Below, piece after piece: positions 1 through 11,298 of a stretch of DNA of 35,904 bases. Origin of the DNA: Mitosporidium daphniae. Taxonomy: Eukaryota. The stretch is taken from contig NW_013546289.1 in the NCBI RefSeq assembly GCF_000760515.2, positions 62,001-97,904 of the forward strand, in the 5' to 3' direction. The notes beneath the pieces were generated by a model, which was not told where the DNA came from, made no database searches, and worked only from the letters and a program-made list of their open reading frames with translations. Position 1 is the stretch's first letter; every line of letters starts with the position of its first letter. Both the position numbers and the translations under genes were made by a program.

Positions 1-1
1 G

Positions 2-622
2 TTTCGCTTTTTCAAGGAAATCCCGCTCTCCCAAAACAGCATTCAGAAGATCTTTGCAAAGATAAATTCGTCCAACCAGCTATCGATGGCACCGTGCTTT
101 GAGCTCGTTCAGCACTATCATGAGCGCTATGATGTTGAATCGATTAACAGCATATTCCACGACATGTGTCTCAAAAGGTGCGACTACAAGTCCATTGAAA
201 GCTCCATCAACTCAAAGTCAAACTTCAACAAACAAGCCTTGCTCGACACACTCGCCAGCATTTCTACCACGGAGTGCACGTTTTTGTCCGGGTGTCTTTA
301 CCTTAAAATGGGGCTGCATGCCAAGGCTTTTGAAACCTTTGATCACATCCACTGCACTTCTGCCATCCTTTTATCGCTCAAGGCTTCCAGGTGCACCGAG
401 CTTGTGCTTCAAGCGCTCGAGGTTTTCCATAAAAGAAATCACATCTCGACTTTTACTTTAACTCTGTTCCATTGCTTTGATTTCACTCCCTTCCATTCGC
501 TGCTATCTCTGATCTGGCTGAACGCATCGTACTCTCAAGCCTTTCTTGATGCCTCTTTCCCGCTGATCATTGCGAAAACACATGAACTGGAGTGCCATTT
601 AAATAAACAAAGTACTAACTAG
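2..622 (+). CDS. CHC1: Clathrin heavy chain, C-terminal part (highly diverged; 5' partial)
   Basis: Frame is open from position 2 to TAG at 620-622. DYKSIESSINSKSNFNKQALLDTL...ASRCTELVLQALEVF...FTLTLFHCFDF...IW...SFPLII is colinear with the clathrin heavy chain segment [24 protein letters not shown]...SKDTELAEELLQWF...FGACLFTCYDL...AW...AMPYFI (recalled sequence). Confidence 0.7.
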   Translation, partial: FRFFKEIPLSQNSIQKIFAKINSSNQLSMAPCFELVQHYHERYDVESINSIFHDMCLKRCDYKSIESSINSKSNFNKQALLDTLASISTTECTFLSGCLYLKMGLHAKAFETFDHIHCTSAILLSLKASRCTELVLQALEVFHKRNHISTFTLTLFHCFDFTPFHSLLSLIWLNASYSQAFLDASFPLIIAKTHELECHLNKQSTN

Positions 623-671
623 CTGATTTGAACATTTATCGTTTGTGTACATAAATAAAATCCCAGTCGCA

Positions 672-2849
672 TCAAGTCTGGCTGTCCAATTCGCCATCTT
701 CGTCGTCATCTTCAGATGCGCAGTGGCCGGGCCAGTCGATAAATAGCGATTCTGGTATAAAAATTTTCGAGCTTGGCAATTTGAACGGATCAAATGGGAA
801 AAAGTTTTCAAGAGACTCCAGGGCTTTCAGCTGGGCAGAAATTGTGACCGTGTCCTCCGTTAAAAAAAAGTCCATCATCAATGGCGAGGAGCAACAGGGT
901 GCCGTTGCGCTCGGCATCGGAGAATTGGGCCTTGAATTTGCGGGTGTCAAAATGGCGGCTTTCAATCCGCTTTGGTCGCTCGGAGAGAGCTCCGGATACC
1001 AGGCCTCAACGATTTGCAAAAATTCCGCCGAAATGGTGGACAAGATCGAAGCCAAAGGGCTTAAACAACCATTACACATCAGCTTTGCCAAGTGTGGCTT
1101 CAGATCACGGCATGAGATGTCTTGCATTGCATCTTCCAAAAGGGCCTCTTCGTGGCGAAAGCAAAGGATGTAAAAAATGGCTTGCGATACGGAAAAAAAA
1201 ATCGAATGCTTATATGCGAATTGGGCCTTTGAAGTTGCCCCGATCGGCTCTTTGCATGCATATCCTTGTCTGCAATCTGGGCATCCATGGTTTCGAATGT
1301 ACTTTCCTGCCCAGCATAAAAGGTATAGCAAACATTTTCTAACGGTCTTTTTTGGGATAAACTTGGCCCGGGCAACGTACCCGCTGATGTAGCATGCAGA
1401 GGATAGCCTCAACGCATCGAAGGAGCCCGACTTCAAGCACTCTTTGGAAGGCCTACAGCCGGCTCCAGAGGAAAGCTTCAACGTATCAATCCAAGAAGCT
1501 GTGGAGTCGCAAAAATACTGGCCCCCAGCCCCCTTGAAAGACGAAATAAGGGTGGATGATGAATTGGAAAGCGATGAGCTAGAAAGGCGATTGATCAACA
1601 CGCCCAAGAAATAATCGGGGAACCGCTCATCAAGACTTGTGATGTAGAAGAGAATAAATTGCGTATATCTCGACCTCATTGTGGGCAGCACCACCTTTTC
1701 AAAAATCACAAGCAAAGAAATAAAGAGATTTGCAAACGACACCTCAGTGTCTTCCGATTTGATTCTTTCAATGAAACTGAATACCAAAAGAAGACACGAA
1801 TCAAGCCGAGCAATCAGCGCTTTAATGGTCGCTATCGAATCAAACGAGTTTAAAGCCACCGGGGAACAATCTTCATCTACATCTTCGCTGGGTCGTTTTC
1901 GGTGCATAAGATCGCCATCGTACTGTTCAGCGTCATCGCTTGAATGGGAGGCATTCTGTTCGGCTTCAGAGCCCTCAAGAATGTTGCTTTCCAAGTGCTC
2001 AAAAAGATCATCCTCCAACTCATCGACTTCTATTTGAACCTCGACATCGATCTGGATGATCTTGGAAATCAACAACTCAATAAGAGAAGGACGGATTTCA
2101 GGCCAGTAATGGCAGATTTTTATGCACTCAGACAAGTAGCAGCTCAAATAGTCGTGAGAATCTATCTGCCGCGGGTGGGGGAAAAATTCGTTGATAAAAG
2201 GCAGGATTGACGCCTGTAGCATCGGAATCATCTTGATCAGAGGCTTGATGACACTGTGGATTCTTTGTGATAGGACATTCACTCTCGGCGTTTCGGAAAC
2301 ACAAGATGATCCTGCAAGGGTGGAAATCGTGTAAAGAGACCCAACAATCGACTCCAAAACAGGGCCCAAATGCGAAAGAAAGGCTGAAAGGATATTCAAC
2401 ATCCAATCCGAAAATCTTGTAAAAAAGATCGAATATGAGGCCTCAAAAAGCGCCGCATTTGAGTCCGCTTTGGGCTCAAACCGTATCCAGTTTGTATGTA
2501 AAATGGTCTTGATCAAAAGAGAATGCTTCGGCGAAAGCTTGAAAATGAACGTTTGATTCAGATGCTCAATGAAGCTAGAAAAGATGTTCAAGGTATCTAC
2601 ACCAATCATGATGCTGCTACTGGAATATGTCTGCTCCAAAATGTCAATCATACAAAGAATCGAGTCTGGAGCTCCACGTTCATACTCATCAAAGGCTTTC
2701 GTAAGAAATGGAAGCGAAAGAACGCCTTGAAGCGTCGGGCCTTGGTCTATGGTTGGAGGGACCGAGCGACAACGAGCAATGTCTTCAGAATGGCCAGCAG
2801 AGGAAGCGGGCGGAGGCGCAGAAGATGGCCTTACCTCATGCTGCATCAT
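672..2849 (-). CDS. RRN3: RNA polymerase I transcription initiation factor RRN3/TIF-IA
   Basis: 725-aa ORF with motifs KIIQIDVEVQ, RSRYTQFILFY, YISGYVARAKFI, QAIFYILCFR and FFPFDPFKLP; no intron needed. Confidence 0.92.
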   Translation of the reverse strand: MMQHEVRPSSAPPPASSAGHSEDIARCRSVPPTIDQGPTLQGVLSLPFLTKAFDEYERGAPDSILCMIDILEQTYSSSSIMIGVDTLNIFSSFIEHLNQTFIFKLSPKHSLLIKTILHTNWIRFEPKADSNAALFEASYSIFFTRFSDWMLNILSAFLSHLGPVLESIVGSLYTISTLAGSSCVSETPRVNVLSQRIHSVIKPLIKMIPMLQASILPFINEFFPHPRQIDSHDYLSCYLSECIKICHYWPEIRPSLIELLISKIIQIDVEVQIEVDELEDDLFEHLESNILEGSEAEQNASHSSDDAEQYDGDLMHRKRPSEDVDEDCSPVALNSFDSIATIKALIARLDSCLLLVFSFIERIKSEDTEVSFANLFISLLVIFEKVVLPTMRSRYTQFILFYITSLDERFPDYFLGVLINRLSSSSLSNSSSTLISSFKGAGGQYFCDSTASWIDTLKLSSGAGCRPSKECLKSGSFDALRLSSACYISGYVARAKFIPKKTVRKCLLYLLCWAGKYIRNHGCPDCRQGYACKEPIGATSKAQFAYKHSIFFSVSQAIFYILCFRHEEALLEDAMQDISCRDLKPHLAKLMCNGCLSPLASILSTISAEFLQIVEAWYPELSPSDQSGLKAAILTPANSRPNSPMPSATAPCCSSPLMMDFFLTEDTVTISAQLKALESLENFFPFDPFKLPSSKIFIPESLFIDWPGHCASEDDDEDGELDSQT

Positions 2850-3064
2850 AAATTTAAAAGCCTCAAATCTCGAAAGCTTTAAATTTTAATTAATTCGGAA
2901 ATGTCGCCTTTTCGCGAAAAGTCCATTGCAATCATCGTGCCACCCCACCAACCTTATTTTAATGCGGTGATCAAATTACGGCAAGCAAATGCACCGCTTG
3001 CCAAAGAAAAGAACCAAAAATTGCCAAAATCAGGGCTCACAATTTATTTACTGTTAAAAAGCGT

Positions 3065-3719
3065 TTATTTGTTAAGAATAACACCGTCAAACTAGATATC
3101 AGTGAAAAGGCAAAAATTACCGTATCCTTATACCAGGCAATGGCATCGCTGGTCGAGACGCGATGAGTAGTGTTGATGGATTTTGTGCAACACTTGCGGC
3201 GAGACACACGAGATCCAGGTCGTGCAAGGACAACAAAAAAGTCCATACCATAAATACCGATCAAAGGATCATATTTGAGACCAAGGTCAATATGTTCTTG
3301 GATACCGAATCCAAAGTTTCCGGTGGACGAAAAGTTGGATTTTTTCAGCTCATACTCTTTGACCTTGAGACCACGTTCAAGGATCTCCTTGGCTTTTGGA
3401 CCGCGAACGGTAACGTGAACGGCAATCTTTTCATTGCGGCGAATGGAGAAGGAACGGACAGTATAACGAGCTTTTGAGTAAACTGGGGTCTGACCAGTCA
3501 ATTGTTCAAGGACTTTGGCGGCCTGGGTGAGGCGATCTCCAGATTCTCCAACGCAAATGTTCAAGCAAAGCTTGTCGATGGATATCTCGCGCATTGGGTT
3601 TGAGGCCTTCTTTGTCCCTCCGTTAGTAGACTACAAAGGTTAGCAAAATTCGGCCACACACGAGCGTTAAATGATGGATGCAATATGATGAGTTAAGCTC
3701 AACGGAAAGTCCTTACCAT
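3065..3719 (-). CDS. RPL11: 60S ribosomal protein L11 (uL5); exons 3719-3717, 3630-3121, 3091-3065
   Basis: [39 protein letters not shown]...YGMDF. Intron 3716-3631 (GTAAGG...GCTAAC...TAG, 86 nt) follows the ATG; intron 3120-3092 (29 nt) restores the C-terminus FDGVILNK*. Confidence 0.97.
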
Positions 3720-3786
3720 TTATGAAGAAAAACAACAAAATTCAACCCTACACTGTGGTAAATTTTACTTTTTCAAATTTTTCAAT

Positions 3787-4979
3787 ATGTTAAATTCAGC
3801 CAAAGCCGAAACTGATACTATTAATAGCCATGTCACCTCCTCAGCCAACATGGAAAATATATCCGAAAATATCCACGCAAATATACCCGAAAATATATCC
3901 GAAAATATCCTGTTGACATCAAAATGCATCCTCCCCGACAATCCAATAGAGGTCAACGGCTACGATTTTAATGACGGTCTCAACTGGAATGCTTTTTTTA
4001 GCTCGTTTCAGACAATGGGATTCCAGGCATCCCTCTTTTACGAGGCGTGCAAAACTGTAGACGAAATGGTCAGTAGACATTTTAAATTTTAGATTCAAAA
4101 AAAAAAGGAAAATCCCTCTTTTAAGCTGTTCCTCGGATACACATCTAATATGGTCTCGTGCGGTAATAGAGAGATCATCCGGTTTCTTGTTGAACATAAG
4201 CTTGTCGACGTTCTTGTCACAACTGCCGGCGGCATTGAAGAGGACATTATAAAGTGTCTTGGCCCAACTCTTTTGGGCGAATTTGAAGCCTCCGGAGAGA
4301 ACTTGAGGGCCAGAGGTCTCAATCGGATAGGAAATCTGCTGCTACCCAATTCAAATTACTGCGCCTTTGAGGAATTTCTTAATCCCATTCTTGATGAATG
4401 CTTGGACACCCAAGTTCGGGTCGTAGGAGAGGATGCAGACACTGACCTCAATCTCGACAGAACTCTATGGACGCCTAGCAGGTTTATACGGAAACTTGGA
4501 GAAAAAATTAACAATTCTTCCTCCATTTATTATTGGGCCTACCGGAATGACATTCCGGTATTCAGCCCGGCCCTCACAGATGGCTCAATTGGAGATATGA
4601 TGTTCTTCCATTCCATAAAGAGAGGAGGCCTTGTACTAGATATAATTCAAGACATCAAACTGCTCAATGGAATTGCCATAAAGGCCGAAATGACTGGCAT
4701 AATTATTCTGGGCGGCGGGATCCCTAAACATCACATTTTCAATGCGAATCTTATGGTACTTTCATCTTCTAACTTTTGCAGAGAAACGGAGCCGACTATG
4801 TTGTCCTCATAAACACTGGAAACGAGTTTGAGGGGAGCGACGCTGGAGCCAGTCCGGACGAAGCCAAGTCGTGGGGAAAGATCAAGGCCGCTGCTCGTCC
4901 AATCAAAGTACATGGAGAGGCCTCGATACTGTTTCCTCTTTTGGTTGCTAATACTTTTGCAAAAACAATTAATTTATAA
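3787..4979 (+). CDS. DYS1: Deoxyhypusine synthase; introns 4069-4092 and 4756-4781
   Basis: Motifs [80 protein letters not shown]; two GT-AG introns (24 and 26 nt) join the three ORFs in frame. Confidence 0.96.
3853..3909 (+). repeat. 12-bp coding tandem repeat (~4.75 copies) encoding [19 protein letters not shown]
   Basis: GAAAATATATCC/GAAAATATCCAC/GCAAATATACCC/GAAAATATATCC/GAAAATATC. Confidence 0.85.
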
Positions 4980-5109
4980 AATTTTAAATTATCCGCAAAA
5001 CATAGAAAGTTGACTACTATGTGTAGGACTGGAATTGGAATTAGGATAAGGAGAATTGTATTTTGCAATGATTCCGAATAGTGTTTACATACATGCCATT
5101 GTCAGGTCC

Positions 5110-5578
5110 TTATTGTTGAGATAGTTTCTTTTCCAGAAACATAGACCGCGCCTTTTCTACGGCGGCAGCTTTTCGTTGCTGTAAACTTTGATGGCGGAGT
5201 ATGGGGTCGTCATACCATGTATGGTCGGGCTGATTGGTTGGATGGAACTTGCTATCAAGACCAGTGCCTTGATAGGCTTTGGTGTTTTGAGACTCTCTTT
5301 TTGCATTCATATCAAGCAAGGTTGAGATTGTTTTTTCGAGAGACCCGGAACTCTTCATCAACAACGCCCTTAATTGCTCCTCTTGCAGCGACGGAAACAT
5401 TCGACAAAGAGTCTCTAGGGAGCGCTCAAATTCGGCGGGGTTGGCGTTGTATGTGGTGTTTCCGGCTAAAATAAAAGCTCAACACGCCATACATACCTGA
5501 GTTGATTATTTTAGCAGCCAAAGTATATACAGCAACGGTGGCAGCAATAAGCAGGGGAAAGATAAGAATAGTCTCCAT
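5110..5578 (-). CDS. CUE-domain membrane protein, Cue1-like (ERAD); intron 5496-5466
   Basis: Exon 1 encodes a hydrophobic anchor (METILIFPLLIAATVAVYTLAAKII). A 31-nt GTATGT...TAG intron leads in frame into a CUE motif (LCRMFPSL...L...SGSLEKTISTLL). The C-terminal LQQRKAAAVEKARSMFLEK resembles the E2 (Ubc7)-binding helix of Cue1/AUP1/gp78. Confidence 0.75.
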
Positions 5579-5630
5579 GTTGAAAAATTCAACGCCAAAT
5601 TATTTTATTTAAATTTAATTTACTTTACAA

Positions 5631-6972
<1,342 letters not shown>

Positions 6973-7000
6973 TTTTTAATGGAACGCAATCGGCTGAACT

Positions 7001-7050
7001 GAAATCAAACCAAAAATCAAAGCAAAAATCAAATCAAAATTATTACTTTC
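7001..7050 (+). repeat. Low-complexity AAATC-like repeats in the RPT4-PPR spacer
   Basis: gaaatcaaaccaaaaatcaaagcaaaaatcaaatcaaaat. Confidence 0.55.
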
Positions 7051-7153
7051 AATTTGAAACAATAAAATCGGACCCAACCAAACCCAACCAACACAATGCA
7101 GTCCAAAAAATTAATTTAAGATTCACAGCCGTCCCAAAGCAAAAAGTCTATTA

Positions 7154-9754
7154 ATGCCAAAAAATGCAAGGGGCTTTCATAGAATTTTGGGAGCCTTAAC
7201 GTGGTCAAGACTGCGTTCTGCGATTAATGCCACTTCGAATACTAGACCAAGCATGCGTTTCCTTTCGACTTCTGCTGTGTTTTCGACCGACCATATTCCA
7301 GAGCATCTTTCGCCAAGCGGGCGAATATATGGAAAGTTGATTTCGCCGGAAGAAAAGTCAAAATTGATTCTCGAAAGTAATAAGGCGTTCACGGAGAAAG
7401 ACACCCTTTCTTCACAGATTAGCCGCATAAGGCTAATTAAACAGTACCACCTAGTAGACGACCCAAAGGCTCTGGAAGTAAATGTTGCATTGTATTTTTC
7501 ACTGAGATCGATACCTTTTTCGGAAAAAATTTCCCTTTCCGGAACGTACATTCATTTCCACATGTGCAGATCGCTTATCTTGAATCTTCCCAGATCGCTT
7601 ATTCTACCGGTGTTCCTTTTTACAATCAATGTTTTACGTACCTTGGTATCGACAGATGGCATCGTCCCTTCTGCTCAAGCCATTTCGACATTACTTTTGG
7701 CCCAAGGCGGTGCCCACAGCAACCAAGCGGGGCCTCTTTTGTCAAAGGAGAGAATCAGTGAAATGTTTGGCCTGAAAAAACGAGACATTGAGCTGTTTAC
7801 TGGCTTTTGTCAAATTGTTTCCGATACCTATGTGGAAACGGGGAGCTTGCTCGAATTTTATTCCATTTCGCTGCTGTTTCACAGGGTATCGCTGTATTAT
7901 GAGCCGAAAAATTGCACCATCAATGGGCCCTCAAATTGGCTTCAATTTGCCTCTAGTTTTGCCTGCGGAATTTCGCATGATATTGGATTTGACTCTTGCT
8001 CATTTGTCATTCCTACTTTGCTGGATGCAATTGGACTTATTCAACAGGTGATCCCACTTGGCTGTGTACCTGGCGAGAAGAGCCGCGATGCTCTGATCTC
8101 CATCTATGGCTTGACAACGGCAAACATTATTCTTTTGTACAATTCTGCGCTGCGCCAATTTATTAAGCTTGACTCTTTTGTTCAAGGACGCACCCTTTTT
8201 GAGTTCCTAAAGGAGTGTAAGAGCCAAAATCATGCATACGATGCAAGGAAAAAATTGACATCAATACCTTGCTCCCCTAACGTTGAGACGTTCAAGCTTA
8301 TTTTTTCGCTGTATATGCATGAGGGCGTGGTCTCTGGGAACATAAAAGATGCAATTCACGTGTTGTACACAGGGCTCGAGTTGCTTTCATATCCCCTGGA
8401 TTTGTGTGTACATGCCACCAAGCTGCTGTTTTACACGCGGTCTTTGGAGGACATTAAAGCCCTTTATTTGAGGGTTAAAGCCGCATCTCCCGAGGTATGT
8501 AAACATGTGTTGTTTGAGAACACATTCTTATCTTGTCTGTCCACATCTAAAGGAATCAGTAGCACAGAGAGGCAGTTGGTCCGAGATATCTCTGAAATTG
8601 TGCTTTCAAGTTCTGGAAAAACCCAAGCCATACATTCGTCAAACACGTCATTTCTGATCGGCATCTTATACAGATTCAATAGGAGGGCATTGGGCGATTA
8701 CATTAACCATTTGCCACTGTCCTTTCTCTCGGACTGCCCCATGTTTTTTTCATACCTGATCAAGCTGATGGTTATCGATGCATCGCACAGGCCTTTTCTC
8801 CTTTCCCTGTTGAATGAGAGATTTAGAATATTTGACTCATATCCGGAGGGTTCTGCATATATCGACTATCGGTTGGGTGCAATTTCGTCCCTTTTTTCAA
8901 GGAACCATCCACAGATTTCTGCTCTTCTCTATTATTGGGAAATCTTTGACAACCGGCAAACAAAACCTTTTGAGGACACCCATGTGACCGGGTTGTCTTT
9001 GGTCCTTAAAAAGCCCAAGACCAGTTTGGAAAGACCCATGCTGAGGTCCAGTGCTCACTATTATTTGATACGAACCCTATATCTTGAGGGAAATTCTTCT
9101 GGAATATTGGCCTACTTTCTGTACTTTATAAAACGATCGAGGGAAGGTCGCCAAGTCTGCTACGACTGGATTTCCAATCGCACGCTCGACTTTGTCGTGT
9201 GGTCTCTTACTAAGGAGCATGAGTGGAATCACCTTTGTCGTCTGTTGAATTATTTTTCCAACTCTGGCGATGGCGGTGGATTTGGCGGCGAACCCATTTC
9301 AGACCCATTTGAAGCTTCAAAAACAAATTCCGATGCCATTGGTAATGAAAACTTTGCGCACATGGAGTGTACAAAAAAGTTCAAAGCCCCTCTATTCGTA
9401 GGGAGCAAATATTCGATGCTGGTTCCACGGCTTTACCAGCAATTCAAAGATCAAATACAGAAATATCCAGGAAACTCTTCACCAATCCATACACTTTATC
9501 CGGGAAACGCCATGTTTGGCGCCGATATCATCCTATCTAGTGAAGAGAAACGCACGTTAAAAGAGCTCTTGGATCGTTATTCTACCGTCAGGGAGCTTAG
9601 AAAGGATGTTCTTGGAAATGGCCTGCATTTTCTTCATCTGAACTGCAACATTGGGGCATATTTGAGGTCAATCCTAAGCATTCCAGCAATTTTTATCGAC
9701 TTTTGCGAGCAGATGGAAAAGCATCACAAAGAGCTGCATTCTCATTTGGCATGA
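7154..9754 (+). CDS. Large helical-repeat protein, probably mitochondrial PPR-like
   Basis: 866-aa intronless ORF. Arg/Ser-rich N-terminus without acidic residues ending MRFLSTS (presequence-like); PPR-like segments ANIILLYNSALRQFIK and SPNVETFKLIFSLY. Confidence 0.55.
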   Translation: MPKNARGFHRILGALTWSRLRSAINATSNTRPSMRFLSTSAVFSTDHIPEHLSPSGRIYGKLISPEEKSKLILESNKAFTEKDTLSSQISRIRLIKQYHLVDDPKALEVNVALYFSLRSIPFSEKISLSGTYIHFHMCRSLILNLPRSLILPVFLFTINVLRTLVSTDGIVPSAQAISTLLLAQGGAHSNQAGPLLSKERISEMFGLKKRDIELFTGFCQIVSDTYVETGSLLEFYSISLLFHRVSLYYEPKNCTINGPSNWLQFASSFACGISHDIGFDSCSFVIPTLLDAIGLIQQVIPLGCVPGEKSRDALISIYGLTTANIILLYNSALRQFIKLDSFVQGRTLFEFLKECKSQNHAYDARKKLTSIPCSPNVETFKLIFSLYMHEGVVSGNIKDAIHVLYTGLELLSYPLDLCVHATKLLFYTRSLEDIKALYLRVKAASPEVCKHVLFENTFLSCLSTSKGISSTERQLVRDISEIVLSSSGKTQAIHSSNTSFLIGILYRFNRRALGDYINHLPLSFLSDCPMFFSYLIKLMVIDASHRPFLLSLLNERFRIFDSYPEGSAYIDYRLGAISSLFSRNHPQISALLYYWEIFDNRQTKPFEDTHVTGLSLVLKKPKTSLERPMLRSSAHYYLIRTLYLEGNSSGILAYFLYFIKRSREGRQVCYDWISNRTLDFVVWSLTKEHEWNHLCRLLNYFSNSGDGGGFGGEPISDPFEASKTNSDAIGNENFAHMECTKKFKAPLFVGSKYSMLVPRLYQQFKDQIQKYPGNSSPIHTLYPGNAMFGADIILSSEEKRTLKELLDRYSTVRELRKDVLGNGLHFLHLNCNIGAYLRSILSIPAIFIDFCEQMEKHHKELHSHLA

Positions 9755-9926
9755 AATTGAGCAAATGATTTCCACAATTATGGCATCTTTGATCGCAATC
9801 GGCTGTACATTTTAATCCTTTTTCCGCTCGTAATTTATCAAAGTATGACGAGTGGAGCAAAGAGGGAAAGAGGAGGAGGAGGAGGCAGATTATTTATTAA
9901 ATTTTAAGAATAAAAAGAATTAATTT

Positions 9927-11095
9927 ATGAGCCATCCTGAGGACCTTGAACAACCGACAGCCTCCCCTGCTTATGCAAGCTCGTTCGAACAAGTGGAACT
10001 ACCGCAAATAGCTGTTCCGGATAGGTATCCTAAATCTAGGGTGTCTTGTTTTTGATAACTTTTGTAGTTGTCGCTATTGAAAGTGCCGCCGTTCATGACA
10101 CTTGAGCCACAGGCTTATGAAACGGAGACTCTTCAGCTCCAAGACGTCACACAATTCGAAGAAGAAGATCAGGCTGTCGCCTCTGCACGTGTGGCTTCCA
10201 CTGTGCGTTGGAAACTCGCCAAGGACATTGCCCACGTCTCCGATTTTACATACAAGGTTTGGAGTACCTGTTTACCGCCGCTAGGTTTGATGGTGCGTAT
10301 TTCTAACATGGCATCAGGACATGCTATCCAATGCCAATCTTGTGCAGTGGTCCGACAATTCATACTCAATTGCAATTGGGTCCGAAATTTACGATCTGAA
10401 CATCCATCCGGTGGGGAATGAAGAGCATCTTCATATTTTTGCGCAGCACCAGGCTGCGTTGTTGATGGAGGATGTTGGCACGATTACAGAGAAAATGTAT
10501 CTTCGCTCAATTAGCGCATCGTCGTCGTCGTCGTCTTCGTCGCTCACAAGCCGTATGGCCAGAGCCCATTCGGAGGCAAAGGTGAAGATGGCGTTCATGC
10601 CTCAGGATCCAGAGGCAGCCCGTGTCGAGCTGGAAAAGGTTATTTCTGGATTGTTTCTAATGTCAGGTTGCCTTGGAAAAACACAGGCTTCGCCAGAAAC
10701 AGGAGGCGGAACAAAGGAAATACGAGCAGCGGCAACTGAAAAAAGAGACATCAACATATCGTACTCCACATCTTACAAAAGATTGGCTTGAAAGTGATGG
10801 GGCTAAGAAGAGAACGGCCCGTCAAAAAGAGGATGACGGGCATGACGTTGAGGACGATGAAGACGAAGACGAAGACGAAGAGGATGAAGATGTGGAAGAT
10901 GATGAAGACGAAGAGGATGAAGAGGATGAAGAGGATGAAGAGGATGAAGAGGATGAAGAGGATGAAGAGGATGAAGAGGATGCGGAAGAGGATGCGGAAG
11001 AGGATGAAAGCGACTCATCCGAAGACGAATCGTTAGAAAAACGCGATCTACCCAGACGGAGGGCCGTACTGAGCGATGATGACGATGAACGCTAG
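9927..11095 (+). CDS. LEO1: PAF1 complex subunit Leo1; introns 10041-10067, 10293-10317 (alternatives possible), 10639-10666
   Basis: LLKVPPFMTLEPQAYE, STVRWK, SNANLVQWSDNSYSIAIGSEIYD, DPE...ELEK, followed by an acidic tail; typical Leo1 domain motifs. Confidence 0.88.
10910..10981 (+). repeat. Perfect (GAAGAGGAT)x8 coding repeat (EED)8 in the Leo1 acidic tail
   Basis: Eight exact 9-bp copies, flanked by degenerate copies. Confidence 0.95.
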
Positions 11096-11298
11096 TTATG
11101 TTATATATTTGCGTATCCAAAATGGAAGAAAGATCAAATAAATGTGGATATCAAAATTTTGTCTCCTTATACACAGCTACGAAATCGGGGCATTCTTAAA
11201 AGGCGATCAAAGGAGCCAGATATTCTGGATCTTATGCTGAATGGCTAATAAATCGAACACCATCTGGTTTCGATGTGTAAGTGCAGCTCGGTTTCTGT

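Noticed and set aside
3671..3692. ATGATG(A) C-box-like motifs in the RPL11 intron
   Set aside because: They are on the strand opposite the RPL11 pre-mRNA and have no nearby D box.
10788..11120. ORFs with (MKR)n and (HPL)n repeats
   Set aside because: Alternative-frame and antisense readings of the LEO1 (GAAGAGGAT)n acidic repeat.
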